Part shown: piece by piece, positions 27,532 to 41,435 of the stretch
Layout of the letters: each line of letters starts with the position of its first letter
Numbering within the stretch: the first letter of the stretch is position 1
Origin: Nageia nagi
Taxonomy: Eukaryota > Plantae > Pinophyta
Reading direction: 5' to 3'
Assembly (NCBI GenBank): GCA_050084985.1
Contig: JBITNC010000001.1
Span: forward strand, 81,902,001-81,966,000
Length of the DNA: 64,000 bases
Position numbers and translations under genes: made by a program
The notes under the pieces: model-generated
What the model saw: the letters and a program-made list of their open reading frames with translations, nothing else
What the model was told of the DNA's origin: nothing
The model's database searches: none

Positions 27532-30500
27532 ATATATTTTTTTGTCATTAAAAAAACTTTGTATTAGCAAGAGAAAATAAAGTACAATGGAGAGACTAAT
27601 ATCTCTATATTTTTAGATCCAAAAATAAGGCTAAGGCCCTCTTTTTCCAAGTGTTGAAGGCTACATCTCCAAATATTGTATTAATATTAATGCTTGAATT
27701 ATGAGAAACCAACATATGTAGAGGAGAATTTAAGGAATCATGTTCAACCTGCCATCTCTAGACAACTAAGCACTATGTGTATATAATCTCAATATTTTAT
27801 TTAATAACATAATTTGGTAAATTTCTACTCCATGTTAGAAAAGCCTATTGCCATTGTTCCATGATTTTAATATCTTTTTGGGGAATGGAATTAATACTCG
27901 ATGCTACTTCCGAAATATGCTTCAATTGAAAACCCATTTTGGCCCAAATTTTTTCATTAGGTGCTTGGGATCTTTTGAAAATTCTCTAGTTCCTCTCAAT
28001 CAAGATGATCTAAAGAAGCATCATTAGGAATGCTTTCCAAATGGTAATGGGTGCTTTTGAGTTTATAGGGGAGAGCCATAATTGCATGAGATCACCAAAT
28101 GTATGGGGTAAAGTCTTATATATTGAGCATAAATGTTTTTTTTTCCACAAGCTATTTGCAAAAGGATAATGAAGGAGAAGATGTGACCTTATTTTTGGAG
28201 CCTCATCGCATAAGACACATATTTGGATCTCATGGAAATGTTGCTTATGAAGTTGTTCTCCAAAGAGAATTTTATCATGAACTATTATCTAGAGGAAGAA
28301 TTTGGATTTTGGCCAAGCTTTGGAGGATTAGACATATTTCCAAATCACTAATGGAAAAAAACATTCCTTCTAATTTGGCCAATGAAAAAATTGAATTGGA
28401 ATCCCTCCTCCATGGATACCAACTCAAACCAAATGGGATCAAGTGGCTTCCAAGCTTTTATATTTTTTCTATTGCAATATGACTAGTACTAGTAGTCTTT
28501 AATTTTCTCACCCCATATCCTACTTAGGAATCATTAGATATTCTAAAATTTATTTGAGGATTAAAAAGGAGAAGGAGTCAACCAATTATCCTACCAGAAA
28601 CTAAAAATATTCACCTCAACTACTATCCATTTCAAAAAACTTGTAATATGAGCTCTAGCATTTCTAATGCCATTCCAAATCATGGACCCAACATGGGTAT
28701 CAACAAATATGAAGATACAAATAAGTGGATCATTGTTTAGGTACTTTGATTAGATAGCTTGACTCTAACATGAATTATGATAACATAAAATATGCCAAAT
28801 TAACTTTCCTAAGAGAGCTATATTCATATCCCTCAACTTTCTTATACCTAATCCCCCTTTATTTATTTCAAAGTAGACAACCTCCCATGCAACTAGATGG
28901 ATTTTCCTTTCCTCTGAATTTCCTTACCAAAGGTAATTACACATTATCTACTCCGTTTTGTGTAGAATATTGGATAGGAACCATAAGAGCCCCATCCAAA
29001 AAATGGGCATTGTACTTAGAACAAATTTTATGTGAAATAATCTTCTAGGTAAGGATATCCACTTAGTTTTCCAATTTGTTAGCTTGGAAGTAAGCTTTGG
29101 AATGATTATTTTCCAAAACTTCCCAATTTATCCACCTTGAAAAAGGGGAAGACCTAGATAGGTACTAGGTAGATAATCAAAGGAAATACCTAAGAGTTAG
29201 GAGAGTCTTCTCAAGAGATTGGGAGGGGTATTCAAACTATATATCTTTAACTTGGAATAGTTAACCACTTAGCATGAGGCTATTTCATAAGAATTGAAGA
29301 GGGTTTTGAGAGCATGAATCTATTATATTGAGGGGTAAACTACAAGGAGGGTATCATATTCAAATTGGGAATGAGTTGTAGGGGGGCATAACATATTAAT
29401 ATCAAGGCCTTTTATCTTATCAATGGATAAGAGGTATCTCAATACCCTACTAAGTGCTTTTGCAACAATCATAAATAGGTAAGGGAAAAGGGAATCACCT
29501 TATCAAAGGCCTCACAAATTATTGAAGTAATTATTGATCAAGATAATGTAACCTAAGGGTTTAGTCTAGAAAGTTCTCCATTTATTGATAATAATAGGAT
29601 TCTTAAAAGAGAAGATGTGTTGGGATAATGCGTTCATCAAGTTTTTTGCTCAATCTTTGGGTTATAGGCCAGTTACTATTTATGAAGAAGGTCAAAAGTA
29701 ATAGGAAAGAGATAAAAATCTAAACTATTGAACATGAAAATGTAAATAACATAAGAAATAAACTAAACTAATCAGCCCATGCATCATTTCATAGGTAGTA
29801 ATCCATAGCCAATACTAAGGACAGATCAACTACCTCACTCTTGGGGTCTCGCAATTGCAATACATGACCACAATTTTAGACAAAGCTTCATATATAACAA
29901 TAACAAAATAAGATAATTGCCATATAATGCAAAGGGGAAAATACCATAATATTGCATTATCATATATGAAAATAATTCTTGTAATGGGCAACTTTGCTAA
30001 AATATCTAACCTTTTGGACCTCTAACAGTCTACTATTTATAATGTTCTATTTACAATGGGTGCTTGTACACTATTAAAGAATATAACTACCTATTTGACT
30101 AATAATAACATAAATTAAATATTTACAACATGTACATGAGAATCTACAACTATATCTAATTATAGATTATGGTCTTGATGCAACATTGATTCTTGGAATT
30201 TGCAAACCTTCAATCATGTACCTATCCCATCGTAATCGATCAACCTTTATCCCTTGACCATGGTACATCTAAACTATTGTTGAATTTATGAGGTATGGTT
30301 CACTATATCTATATCTACAATTAATCCACTTTATCATTTGGTGACCTACCAACCCTCTGTGATCATTAAATGCTTCTTCTACAATTCTGGTGTTGACTAC
30401 TATAAGAATGAAGGAGTATATAACCATTCAAACTTGAGAGTGAACTACTACTTCCACATGGAAATGAGTTATAGTTGACACATTAGTAGAGTTTTGGGGG

Positions 30501-33500
30501 TCACACATTCTTTATTAAGTGGACTTGGGTGTTCACTTCCTCTTATAGTCTTTATTTATCCTTGGTAGGTCTTGTTATGCCTTAGAGGGGATTACTAAAA
30601 CTTGAGATGCTTAAAGAACTTATCACTCATTGATTTCTCCTAAAAAGTGTGACATCATCACTCAAAATTGGTGGGGTCTATTGAATATATATTTATGAAC
30701 ATCTACCACCTTGAAGAACTATCAAGACTACCTGCTGATGAAGCTATCTAGTGCTCATTGATCCTTATCAAAAAGTGTGATGTCACCATTAGAATATTGC
30801 TAGTTCAATTTATATTGACTCTTATAACACTTCTCGCTACATGAATTTAACAAAGAATTAACACTTACATACAATAGGGCCCAAAAATAACACTTGGACT
30901 ATACCAAATAGAAACTTAAGTAACTAAACTCCCAACAGGGCCCAAACTAGACTTAGACAATAACACAAACTCTATACAATACTTCTTAGAAATGAATTAT
31001 AAACTTCACTTAAAAAATGAATCATATGACTTTGTAAAAACAACTCCTTCCTTATAACACAATGGTAGTTTTGAATGAATTTCCACTAACTAATATCTAA
31101 CAATATGAACATAACCCAAAAATTCCTTAAACAATAATGGTACATATAACACTAGATTCTTAAGAAAAAGACTAAGTATATACAATGTAAACTTAGGAAT
31201 GAATTTTGTACAAGTATTTACAACTGAGAAAGAAAGGGAAATATAGAAGAAATTTTATTAGGAGAGAATAATGAATGAAAGAATGAAAGAATGAAAAAAT
31301 ATTACCCCTTAGAGTGTAATTCTGCAAGAATAATAATAACCTTACACACTTCCATTAATGAGAATGGAGAAACAAGGGCTGATGATGAGGGATGATATCC
31401 ATTGTATCCATTCCTTACTACAATCAAATATATCCATCATTCTAAGGAGAAACATCTAGTTAATATGATCAAAAGCTTTCTTCATGTCAAGCTTCATTAA
31501 AAGGCCTTTGCTTTTGGACTTGAAAATATAATGTATTAATTCATGAATGAGGATGAGCCCTTCCATGAGTTGTTTTCCTTTAACAAAAGCTTTTTGTTCT
31601 TCTAAAATGATGTTGGGAATAACCTATTAGAGTTGATTTGTAGCCATCTTGGAAATGATTTTCTATATACTGTTACAGAGGGATATAGGGTGGAAGGCCT
31701 CAATTGTATCTGCCTCTACAATATTAGGAATCAAAGGTAAGAAGATATGGTTGAGTATTCCTGACAATTGTTTTGAATAGAAGGATTCTTTTACTACATT
31801 GATAATTTCATCCTTGAGTAGATACCAAAAGTGTTGAAAGAAACCTAGGGGAAACCATCAAGGCCTAGGGCACCTAAAATCTTCATTTGTGTGAGTGCTA
31901 TGAGGACCTCTTCTTCTAAGATGGGATTGGCTAGCATTTCATTATAGGTTTGGGAGACAAGAGTTGGAATGGTATTTATAAAGTGCTCTTGTGCTTCATT
32001 TCTACTAGTTGCTTCTTCTATGAGAATATTTTTATAGAAAGAGATAATATGATTATCCAATTCATCTAACATTGTGAGGACCCAACCATCCATTGTATGA
32101 AGTTTGGTGATCTGGTTAACTACCCTATGAGACATGGTAGAGGTATGAAAAAATTTGGTGTTGCCATGTCCTTCATTCAACCATTGCACACATGATTTTT
32201 GCTTCCAAAATATTTCCTCATTGAGGTATATATTATTGAGTTGTTGGAGCAGTATTTGTTCTTGTTCAAGCATATGGGTATTGTGGTCATATTGAATATG
32301 CCCCTCCATTAGTTTTAGCTCTTCTTCCAGTAGCATATGATTCTCATAAATGTTGCTAAAGGATTTCTTATTCCATATTTTTAGCTTTTCCTTCAATCTA
32401 TGTAGTTTGGTGGAGAATTAGAACATTAAACATGACTTTCTTCATGCCACCATTCCTCAACTAGGTTATTAAAAGCCTCATGTTTTAGCCAAATTAATTT
32501 AAATATGAAAGGAGAGACCCTATGCTTGCAATGCAAGTCAATTGTTGCTAAAATAGCCTAGTGATCAGATCCCCATAATGGTAAATTATTATTTTTCCAT
32601 AAGGAATCTTTAAGAGGCCCAATGAGGTGTGAACATAAATCTTTCAAGCTTTTTAAGAACTTTAAAATATTTTGAGCATTTTTTGGATTAGGAATATTCA
32701 CCTTTGGTGCAAAATGGTTCAAGGAGATTAAATGAATCAATTAAGCTACTAATACCTCCTCACATATTTTCAATCTATGTTTATTACCTTATTTTTCATT
32801 CAGATTTTGGATGGCATTAAAGTCCCCCCTATAATGTAGGGAGGGAGTATCACTATGTAAGTCCAACCATTCTGAGAGTTGGTTCCAATATTCAATCTTT
32901 TTTGTAGATTCTTGGGGAGCATAAACTTTAATAAGAGCAAAAAGGAAACTAGTGTCTATATGTTTGACTAGGATACACATCCAAGAATCTTTTACAGACA
33001 TTATGGTACATTCTACATTTTTTCTATCCCATAAAAAAGAGTGTCCCCATGAGTTACCATTAGTGTTAGAGGAAAAAATGTCACAACATGCCTAATGTTT
33101 TTTTTTCTAAAGTTTGCTATTTCAATAGTAGAAGACTTTGTTTCTTGAAGAAATAGATTAGAAGATTTTTCTTATTGAATCATTGATCTTACAATTCTAA
33201 TTTTGTCAAGGGAATGGAGACCCCGAGTGTTCTAGGATGAGATGATCATTAGCTTATTTGGCCTTTTTAGGATATATTAGTTGCTCAAGCTAATAATGGG
33301 ATCCATATTCTATACCTTCTCTAGCAGCCTATTATGGTTTGTCTTTCTATGATTGATGACCTCTTTCATTGTGTATACCTACTTGTATTTCTTTCTATTA
33401 GTTTTGAGTTTGTTTAATAGTGGAGTCTCTAGAAGAAATGGATGGATGCCATTTGGGTTTGGGGTTCTAGTTGGGGAGTGTCTATTTTAGGCTAACTATT

Positions 33501-34863
33501 TAGCATGTTGGTGTCCATTTCTCAAGTTTATAGTGAGTGCTCTGCTATAACTAGGGTATTAGTTGGGTTTGGGGAGAACAAAGGATTATTAATGATGGGA
33601 TTGGGATTCTATGGAGGGGGATCTATAGGAATAATGAGCATGGGTTCAGGGTGAGGAGATGTTTGGATTTCTTGGGTGGTTTTTAGTGTTTGTAGTTAGT
33701 AAAAGCTATTTTGTGTAACAAGTGGAGTAGTGGGGCCTTGTGGCAAATTGGTGTTATGGGGGCCTAATCTAGGGGAAATTGGCTAAGTACCTATGTGATT
33801 CCTACATTTTGGTTGTTGAAAACCATCCTCAAATATATTTTATATTGATTGTATTGGTATGAGATGTGATTAATTATTTTTTAGGTGGCCATACTCCAAG
33901 CATACCTTGCACTTGAGAGAAATGTTTTCATAATAAATTAGTTATTGATGATCCAAACCCTTATCTAGGAGGCTATTTATAATTTTGGTAAGCAAAGGGG
34001 ACTCAAGATCTACATGGACATAAATTCTAGCATATGTAAGAGATTTTCATTTGGAGGTTCAATATGACATGCATAGGTAGACTCCAATCAAATTACCAAT
34101 GGATTCTAAATCATCATGATTCTAGAGGATAAATGGTAGTCTTAGTAATCTAACCCATATTGGAGCTTCTATGGGGTTTTCCTCCTTGGATTGAAATCAA
34201 AATGCCATGGTTTCATGAACAAACCTAATTTTCCAAAGAACCATGGCCCTCCTTGAAAGACATGATCCCTATCTTCTTCAATGGTAAACAAGGCAAGAAA
34301 ATATCCATTGGAGTAGTGGATGATAGAAATATCACTTATGGTGATCAAGGAATGAGAAACCTAATTATCTATAGCTAGCTGGGATGGTATTTCTCCCATA
34401 AAATGATAGATGAGGCCTTGGTTTGCATGAATTTCTAGTTCATTAGGTGCTTTCTCAATTCTAATTTCTACTAAGGCATGTGTGTTGTAGCTTTCAAGCA
34501 CCCATTTGAATTTTTGTTTAGATATTTGGGGATGTTACATAAGAATTGAAAAATATTTTTAGATGAAGAAGGGAATTGCATTATCAAACCCTTATTCCTC
34601 ACAACATCTCTGAATGAAGGCTTTGCTCTATGCCCATCCACATTTTTGGCTCCTATTCCCTTTTCAAGAGAGATATTGAAATCTATGCAGGTCTACATAT
34701 TGAAAGAGGCATGTGTTCATGAAGCGTTTAATGGATCCTCAAATTTTGAAGCTCCATAGTAGGGAAATTAACCCCTATACATTTGGATTTTTGCTTGAAA
34801 GTTAGTAAGAAGGCAGGCACCTTTTAGCACCAAACCTTGGTCTATTGCTTGGAAGCTCCATCC
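27532..34863 (-). mobile_element. Full-length decayed L1-clade LINE (ORF1 with DUF4283-like region and zinc knuckle; ORF2 EN-RT)
   Basis: 17-bp TSD aacttcatgataaatat at 27515-27531 and 34864-34880. Short poly(A) on the minus strand at 27537-27543. ORF1 FTIEEDRDHVFQGGPWFFG and CKVCLEYGH. ORF2 starts at 33249 MIISS*NTRGL, then GDFNA, EEIFWKQKS..WLNEG..NTKFFH, PISLCNS, KLDMKKAFD. Confidence 0.95.
29532..31335. mobile_element. Probable solo LTR (~1.8 kb) inserted in the LINE RT domain
   Basis: Interrupts the RT motif FSILINGSV*GY|FN..*GL**GDS. Ends tattg..taata, i.e. deaminated TGTTG..CAACA. Degenerate TSD gtaat/ataac. No coding domains seen. Confidence 0.6.
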
Positions 34864-35108
34864 AACTTCATGATAAATATCATAATGAATGCTCCTAACA
34901 ATATATTGTTGTTATATTCTAGGCAAAATTTACCAAAATATTTGCTAATACCATAAAAGGTTAGAAAGAAAAATAATTGTAACAATAATATATTTTAATT
35001 AAATTTTCTAAAGAATGAAGAGGGTAGGAGGTCACTTTATTTTTACCTTACAAGAATGAAGATGAATATCCAAATATGAAGCCTTCAAGAATGCCTCTAG
35101 ATACCAAT

Positions 35109-35608
35109 TGAAGGGAACAAGCCTAAATGACTAAATTTCTATTCTACCAAGATCACATGAAAGCTATCTAAAACATCATCACAATAGCATATACATAATA
35201 GCCAATCTCACAAATTTTGTATCATATGTAAAGTGGTTCCTCTCATGGAATAGAGTACATCCACTAAATTAAGATATTCTTATTCTTAAAGAACACTCTT
35301 TTACTAGACCTCTTTCTTACTTCTCTTAACAATCCTAGATGATAACTTTGTTACAAAATTAAGTGAATAACCAAGAGGGGAGGCCCTCTATTTATAGACA
35401 ACAATCATCCCTTGTATCATCCTTTTAACCAGTGTACAATTTCATGACATGATTCACTCTTTTACCCAATGGGCATGCTCATGACATGGAGTGTAGGATA
35501 AGTTAAATTATCTTATTCATAAATAATTTAAAGGCATATAGGGATGCTTTTACATATTAGTGAATTTACATGAAGAGACCTTACACTAATGCATTATGCA
35601 TTCCAACA
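35109..35608 (-). mobile_element. 5' LTR (500 bp) of the copia at 22.5-26.3 kb
   Basis: Runs tgaaggg..ttccaaca. PBS-like ctctagatacca ends at 35106. Minus-strand TATA near 35390. Assignment to that copia rests on removing the LINE at its TSDs. Confidence 0.7.
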
Positions 35609-36212
35609 TTTTTTTATTGGTGAGTTATCATTTTATAGTTTGTGCTTTGGTCCATGAATTGAATTTATCTTTTTCGAGGACAAAAAGAGAGTAGACTATG
35701 TGGGTTGATTGAGACTATAGCAGGATATTACCATGACATCAATGAGAGTCATGATAGACACAAAGATTTCCATGGAGGGAGGTAGGATTTTGTAAAAATC
35801 CTCCTTTTTAATTTGTTAATAAAATTAATTAAATGAGAAAAATAATTCATAGAAAATATTATATTAGAGCTAAAACTAGTTTTATAGTTTTAACTTGAGT
35901 TTTTTATAGTTTAAAAAGTTAGATTTTATTTTATTTTTTAGAAATTTGGAGATGTAGTTGTTGTCTAAGGTTGAATCGCATGCATTTAAGTCTTAAGTGT
36001 GTGTGACTAGGGAAGTCATGCTAGGGTTTTTAGCTAATTATGTGCTATATTCTAAAGGATAGAATCATGAGTGATCATTAAGAGGTACTCATGAAAGAAA
36101 AGTATCGCATGATGATTTTTGAAAATCACCCACAACTTGAAAAATTAATTAATTTAATTTTTAATGGTTTTTTAAGTATTCTAAGTGGAGTATATTTTTA
36201 TGTGTTTTGTAG

Positions 36213-38356
36213 GCTAGTGATATTTTTGGGTCACGAGCACACTATCCAAACATACTAGACAAGGTCCAAGAAGATGTGACATGGGAAGATCATAAATTAC
36301 TATAGGGATTTGGATTTGGCATTAGTTCATTTATGAGATGTATGCACTATGAGTTACCCCTCATGGTCTCTTTATTTGAGCTTTGGGATACCATGATGCT
36401 GAATTTTCACTTATTAATGGATGAGATTACACTTATTATCGATGATATTTATCAGTTATACTAGTTTCCCATTTGAGGATAGAGGACTAGATAGTTGATT
36501 TATTAGAATCAAATGCAAAAATAGATGGTGTGATTATATGGTGATGCAAAGGTGATAACTATTTATGATAATGTCAATTCTTATGGTATTGTATATCATG
36601 CTTTATGATTGAGTGAACCTAAAGGGAGTCGATTGTATACTTATTTAAGGAGTTCTATCTTGTGTTATGCTCTCCTTAATTCAAGTGGGAAGTTTCCTTA
36701 GAACTTACTCAATGTTGTAGAAGATATATTAGAGTAACAAATAGTTTTTTCTTGGGTATTGAATCTACTGGTACAATGTTATAGAGAGTTATTCTTATAC
36801 ACATAGGGGAAAAGGTTTGGCTTGATTATGGTGATCAATCTGCAGGTATGGTCATACGAGCATATTATAGTCGCTCATTTGAGGGGTATACCAAATACAA
36901 GGTTTACACAATAGTATGATTATCCAATAACGATTAGATGGTGGAGGGAGGATTATTACATTCACCCTGATGTTGATATTATTTGAGATGTAGATTATTA
37001 TCATGATGTTTTAAATAGATTGTTGAAAAGGAACATCTAATGGAGAACTTATTTATCTTATCCAATATAGAAGGAGGCTACCATGGAGTAGTGCGTTCCA
37101 CCTTCTCTTGAGCTCTTTCAAAGATAGGGGATAGTGTCAATTGTTGTGGTACTTATTTTAGTATATTATTCAAAGCTAGGCCTACTTAATGAGGCAAATA
37201 TGGATATTACAGATGGTGATGATGTATAGTGCATAAAGGAGTATATTGCATGATGGATGGTGTAGATGGAGAAGGAGGAAGATAAGAGGCATGTGAGGAA
37301 CCATGTAGAGGGTACCTCAAATATGGGTGGGGTTGGCCTTGATGTAGAGATATAGGAGGAGGACCATCTATATTGTATGATGGGTGGTGTAGATGGAGGA
37401 GGAGGAAGATAAGAGGCATGTGAGGAACCATGTAGAGGGTACCTCAAACATGGGTGGGGTTGGCCTTGGTGTAGAGATATAGGAGGAGGACCATCTATAA
37501 TTCCTAGTGCATGAGCCTAAGTAAATGGGTTGGAATCATGGGGTTGATATAGATGAGGATGCACTTGTTAAATATGTAGCTATAGGTGGAGGATAGGATA
37601 GGGAATATGTTTCATTGATGTGTACAATGAATGAGCTTTTAGCTACGATCTAGAAGCTCAAGTTTTTACTAGCATAGTCCCAAACACTATTAGGTACATC
37701 TACTCACTAGGTGCAAAGTTTATAGATTTAGCTTCAATAAACACAATAAAGAGGTGATGAAAAGTTATGATATGAAGTTGAGAGAGATCAATATCAATAA
37801 GATTAGGATGTAGAATAGGACATAATGTGATCACTAGTATAGTATAAGTTGTTGGCGAGGGCAAGGGGTAGTATGGGAGTGGGATATTCTAGAGTTGTTG
37901 TAATGGATATATATCAAGAGAGAGATTATTATAGACATATTATGGATGGATGGCTTATAGGATTCCAAATATATCAACTAGGTCAATTGTGTCCAAGAAT
38001 ACCTTTAGGATACAAACCTCCACTTATACTTCACATGCCTTTGCATCTACAAGTGGGACATATGGGAGTGGTAGCATTAATAGGGGGATGAGTGGATATC
38101 ATAGTGGTTATGAATGATGTCCAGTAGGTCACATGTGAGCATTACTTCTTAGAGATACCCTAGGTCAATATCATTGCATGCAATGAGAAGAGAGAGGACC
38201 CTTATAGGTGATGTTGTAGAGGAGTAGGGAGAGTGACAAACATAGGATAAGGGTATTGGTCATACTCATAGTGGAGGAGGTGATATGCAAGATCAGACAT
38301 AGGGTTTTTGCAATCCTAAGAAGATGGATCCTCCTTCACAAGATCCTCAGGAATGA
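36213..38356 (+). pseudogene. Plant mobile domain (aminotransferase-like PMD) ORF relic, antisense to the neighbouring Tat gag-pol
   Basis: LMVSLFELWDTMMLNFHLLMDEITLIIDDIYQLY*FPI*G matches the PMD core L.AL.ERW...T.TFHLP.GE.TITL.DV..L.GLP..G. Later FSWVLNLLVQCYREL..NLQVWSYEH. The 3' end of the ORF is approximate. Confidence 0.82.
37242..37499. repeat. 127-bp tandem duplication
   Basis: Units start at 37242 and 37369, with about 5 mismatches. Confidence 0.93.
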
Positions 38357-41090
38357 TTTGTTATAGCTCCTTTATTAATGAACTTAGTATTATGACATTA
38401 TGACCTTATTATGTTGTTTGTGATGGTGAGATGTATGAAATTTTTTTATTTGATGATGATATATTATATGAATGGATTTTCATGCTCTATATTGTGTTTA
38501 TGTGATGATTTTGATATGTTTTTTACCTTATAATTATTATACATATATGTTATGAATACAAAATATATGGATGTTTGTGTTTGTATTTTTGATTTATTAT
38601 GTACAAGTAATGCTATATGATGTGATTGTTGAAAAAATATTTAAATGATTTTATTATTTAATAAGCATATTTATGTAGGAATTTTAATTTTATGAAGTAA
38701 TATTAAAAATGATGAATGATAAATGAACATATTTTAAGTATGATATAAAATGAAGTATGATTTTTGTGAAATATACGATGAACACAATGATCATGTAAAA
38801 GATATATAATAAATATGATAATATAATATATATAAGATAATGGAATTAGTTAAAATATGATAAATAAAGAAAATATAAATATGGAATAAAGAACAAATGG
38901 ATGTTTAAAATAATTTAATCAAATATTAAAAAAACTAAGGATAATCAAATAAACATAAATAGTAAGAATAGAGATTTGTGGGAATGATGAGTCGAGAAAA
39001 AGTGAAATAAATAATTGAATTTTATAGAAAAATGTAAATAAAAATGATTGATAGATTGTGACAATGATTTAGATAAAACTGATTTAGGGTCAACGTCCAT
39101 TCATGTCCAAAACAAGCTCTTGCTTTTGTGAAATAAAATATATCATTCAATGGCCCCAAATTCCATATATTAAGTTCAAGATGTTGAATACCTAATTTTC
39201 AATCTAGATTATTTACATAATCTCAAACCTTTTTTCATGGAGGTGTAACCATATGTGGATGATTTTTTTTTTCTATTGAGGTGTATTCTTCATTTGGTGG
39301 TATCGATCCATCCACTATTGAGCATAAGATGTTGAATGCTTGGTTACTCAAAAATGTTTACTATTGTAATACCTTACCTTTTCATTAGTAGAGGTGTAGG
39401 TAATTTAGGCCAATATTGATATGAATATCATCATATAATAGCATTCATGTTCATAAAGGATTTAAATCCCAAGTCACTACATGCCCCTTTAGGAATATCT
39501 TCCACGATTACTGAACCAACATGGCATTGTGTAAACAAAGTATGAATTATTCGAAACACATATGTGACCAATATTTTTAAGCTTGTTTTATTACAATGTG
39601 AGATAGTTTTTGAATAATATGGGATGTTTTAGCATACTATGGCCTATGCATAAGATGTCATTTATGTAAACAATATGTTTAAATTTGATGATGAAGTTTG
39701 AAATAATTTAAGGCTAATATGGAATGATTTGGATGTGTTTGTGTATGCAATTATGATGATAAAATTTCACTTGGATTAAATATAATGGTTAATTTTCTAA
39801 ATTCCCAAAGGTAATAACACTTATTGACCTTTCCCTAGGCTTGAGTTAGGCTAGATAATTGCATGAAAAAATGGTTTAGGGATCATATATAAAAGTTGAT
39901 CAAGATGGGAAGCTTTCATGGGAATGCGATTTTTTTTTGGATCAAACTTATGAAAGCAAAGTATATAAATCTTTCCATTGTATGAGATGTATAAAATGTG
40001 TTTCCTTTTCCATTCTACATTCTTAACTCCTTTTCTTTTTAAGGTCAAATTATTGGATAAAAGAAGTCATATTTATTGATAACCTTTTGTTATTATTATT
40101 ATTATTATTTTTTTTGACATATTTTGATACATGCAAAATATATAGTAAGTAGAATATATGTAATTGAATGGGAAATGAGATTGATTTATCATGCAATTTA
40201 TCTAGTTTATATCAAGACTCTAAGTTGATTTGCAAATTGTTACCAATATTTAAGACATATTAGGTAACCAAACAAATCAACCAACTAAAATTTATTCATC
40301 TAATGAAAACTATATGGAGTAAATGAAGAATATTAATATGAACCTATGTAAGAATATAAAATGAAATGTATCATAGAAGAAAATGATAGTATGACCATCT
40401 CATTGTAACATATTGTATTTTTAAAATTTTCAAGTGCATAAACATAATCATAGCTCAACATGTTTAGATGTAATATTCATGAAAGAATTATCTTAAGTAT
40501 CAAGCTTATGAGATTACTAATATATTATTTAAATAAATTAAAAGAGAGAATAATTCTTGCAAGTATCGATATGGTGGATACATAGTAAAATACATCATCC
40601 ATTGATGATCAATCAATGCCAATAAGTCACTCACAATTACATATTCGATTTACTTTTATGTGAGTTAACTCTTAGTAGTTGTATTAATGATCATAGATGA
40701 TATATGATTTTTTATCCAAGATCTGTTTACATATGTTGTAACCATTTAGAATTAGGTAGCATCATTTTTTAAACTAGGCTTTTATTTTTATGGTTTTATC
40801 CATGGCTATCTTAGAAAGATCATTCAACCAAGGATATTGTAAATTCTATTTCAGATGCAGAATGGAGTGCATCTATTGAGAATGAGTCAATATCATCATT
40901 CATATTAAAAATTGTATCATTGGTTTAATTTTAAGTAAGTGACCTCTCACTAGCTTTATTAGTATCAAATGATGACCTAAGCATTCTCTATCATAGGTCT
41001 GTAACCATCATAAATCATGCAGAGTGTCTAATCCAACTATAGTCTTTGGGTAAAGACACATAATATCTAAGTTGGTGGCTCTTCTTTTGA

Positions 41091-41435
41091 GGTTGTAAGA
41101 ATAACCATAGTGAGGATTTAATTTTTATGGATATAAGAATAACCATGATGGTGATTTGATTTTATGGTTGTAAGCATAACCATGATGAAGCTTATTTTGT
41201 GGTTGTGAGCATACCCATGATGAAGGTTGCTTTTATGGTTGTAAGCATAACTATGATGATGATTGATTTTATGGTTGTAAGGAAAATCATGTTGAAGGTT
41301 TCTTTTATGGCTGTAAACATAACCATGATGCAGGTATATTTTATGGATGTAAGCATAACTGTGATGATGATTTCTTTTATGGATGTAAGCATAAGTGTGA
41401 TTAAAGTTTATTTTATGATTGTAATCATAATCATG
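41091..41435. repeat. ~36-bp degenerate minisatellite (tttatggttgtaagcataaccatgatg...), about 9-10 copies
   Basis: Repeated core. The 12-aa periodicity is visible in ORFs 41192-41392 and 41199-41465. Confidence 0.88.

Noticed and set aside
8214-35608. LTRs at 8214-8707 and 35109-35608 as the two ends of one giant element
   Set aside because: Both have a PBS on the same (left) side and share only short blocks, so they are two related 5' LTRs.
41091-41435. 36-bp periodic array as CRISPR
   Set aside because: Head-to-tail degenerate units without unique spacers, no cas genes, eukaryotic TE context.
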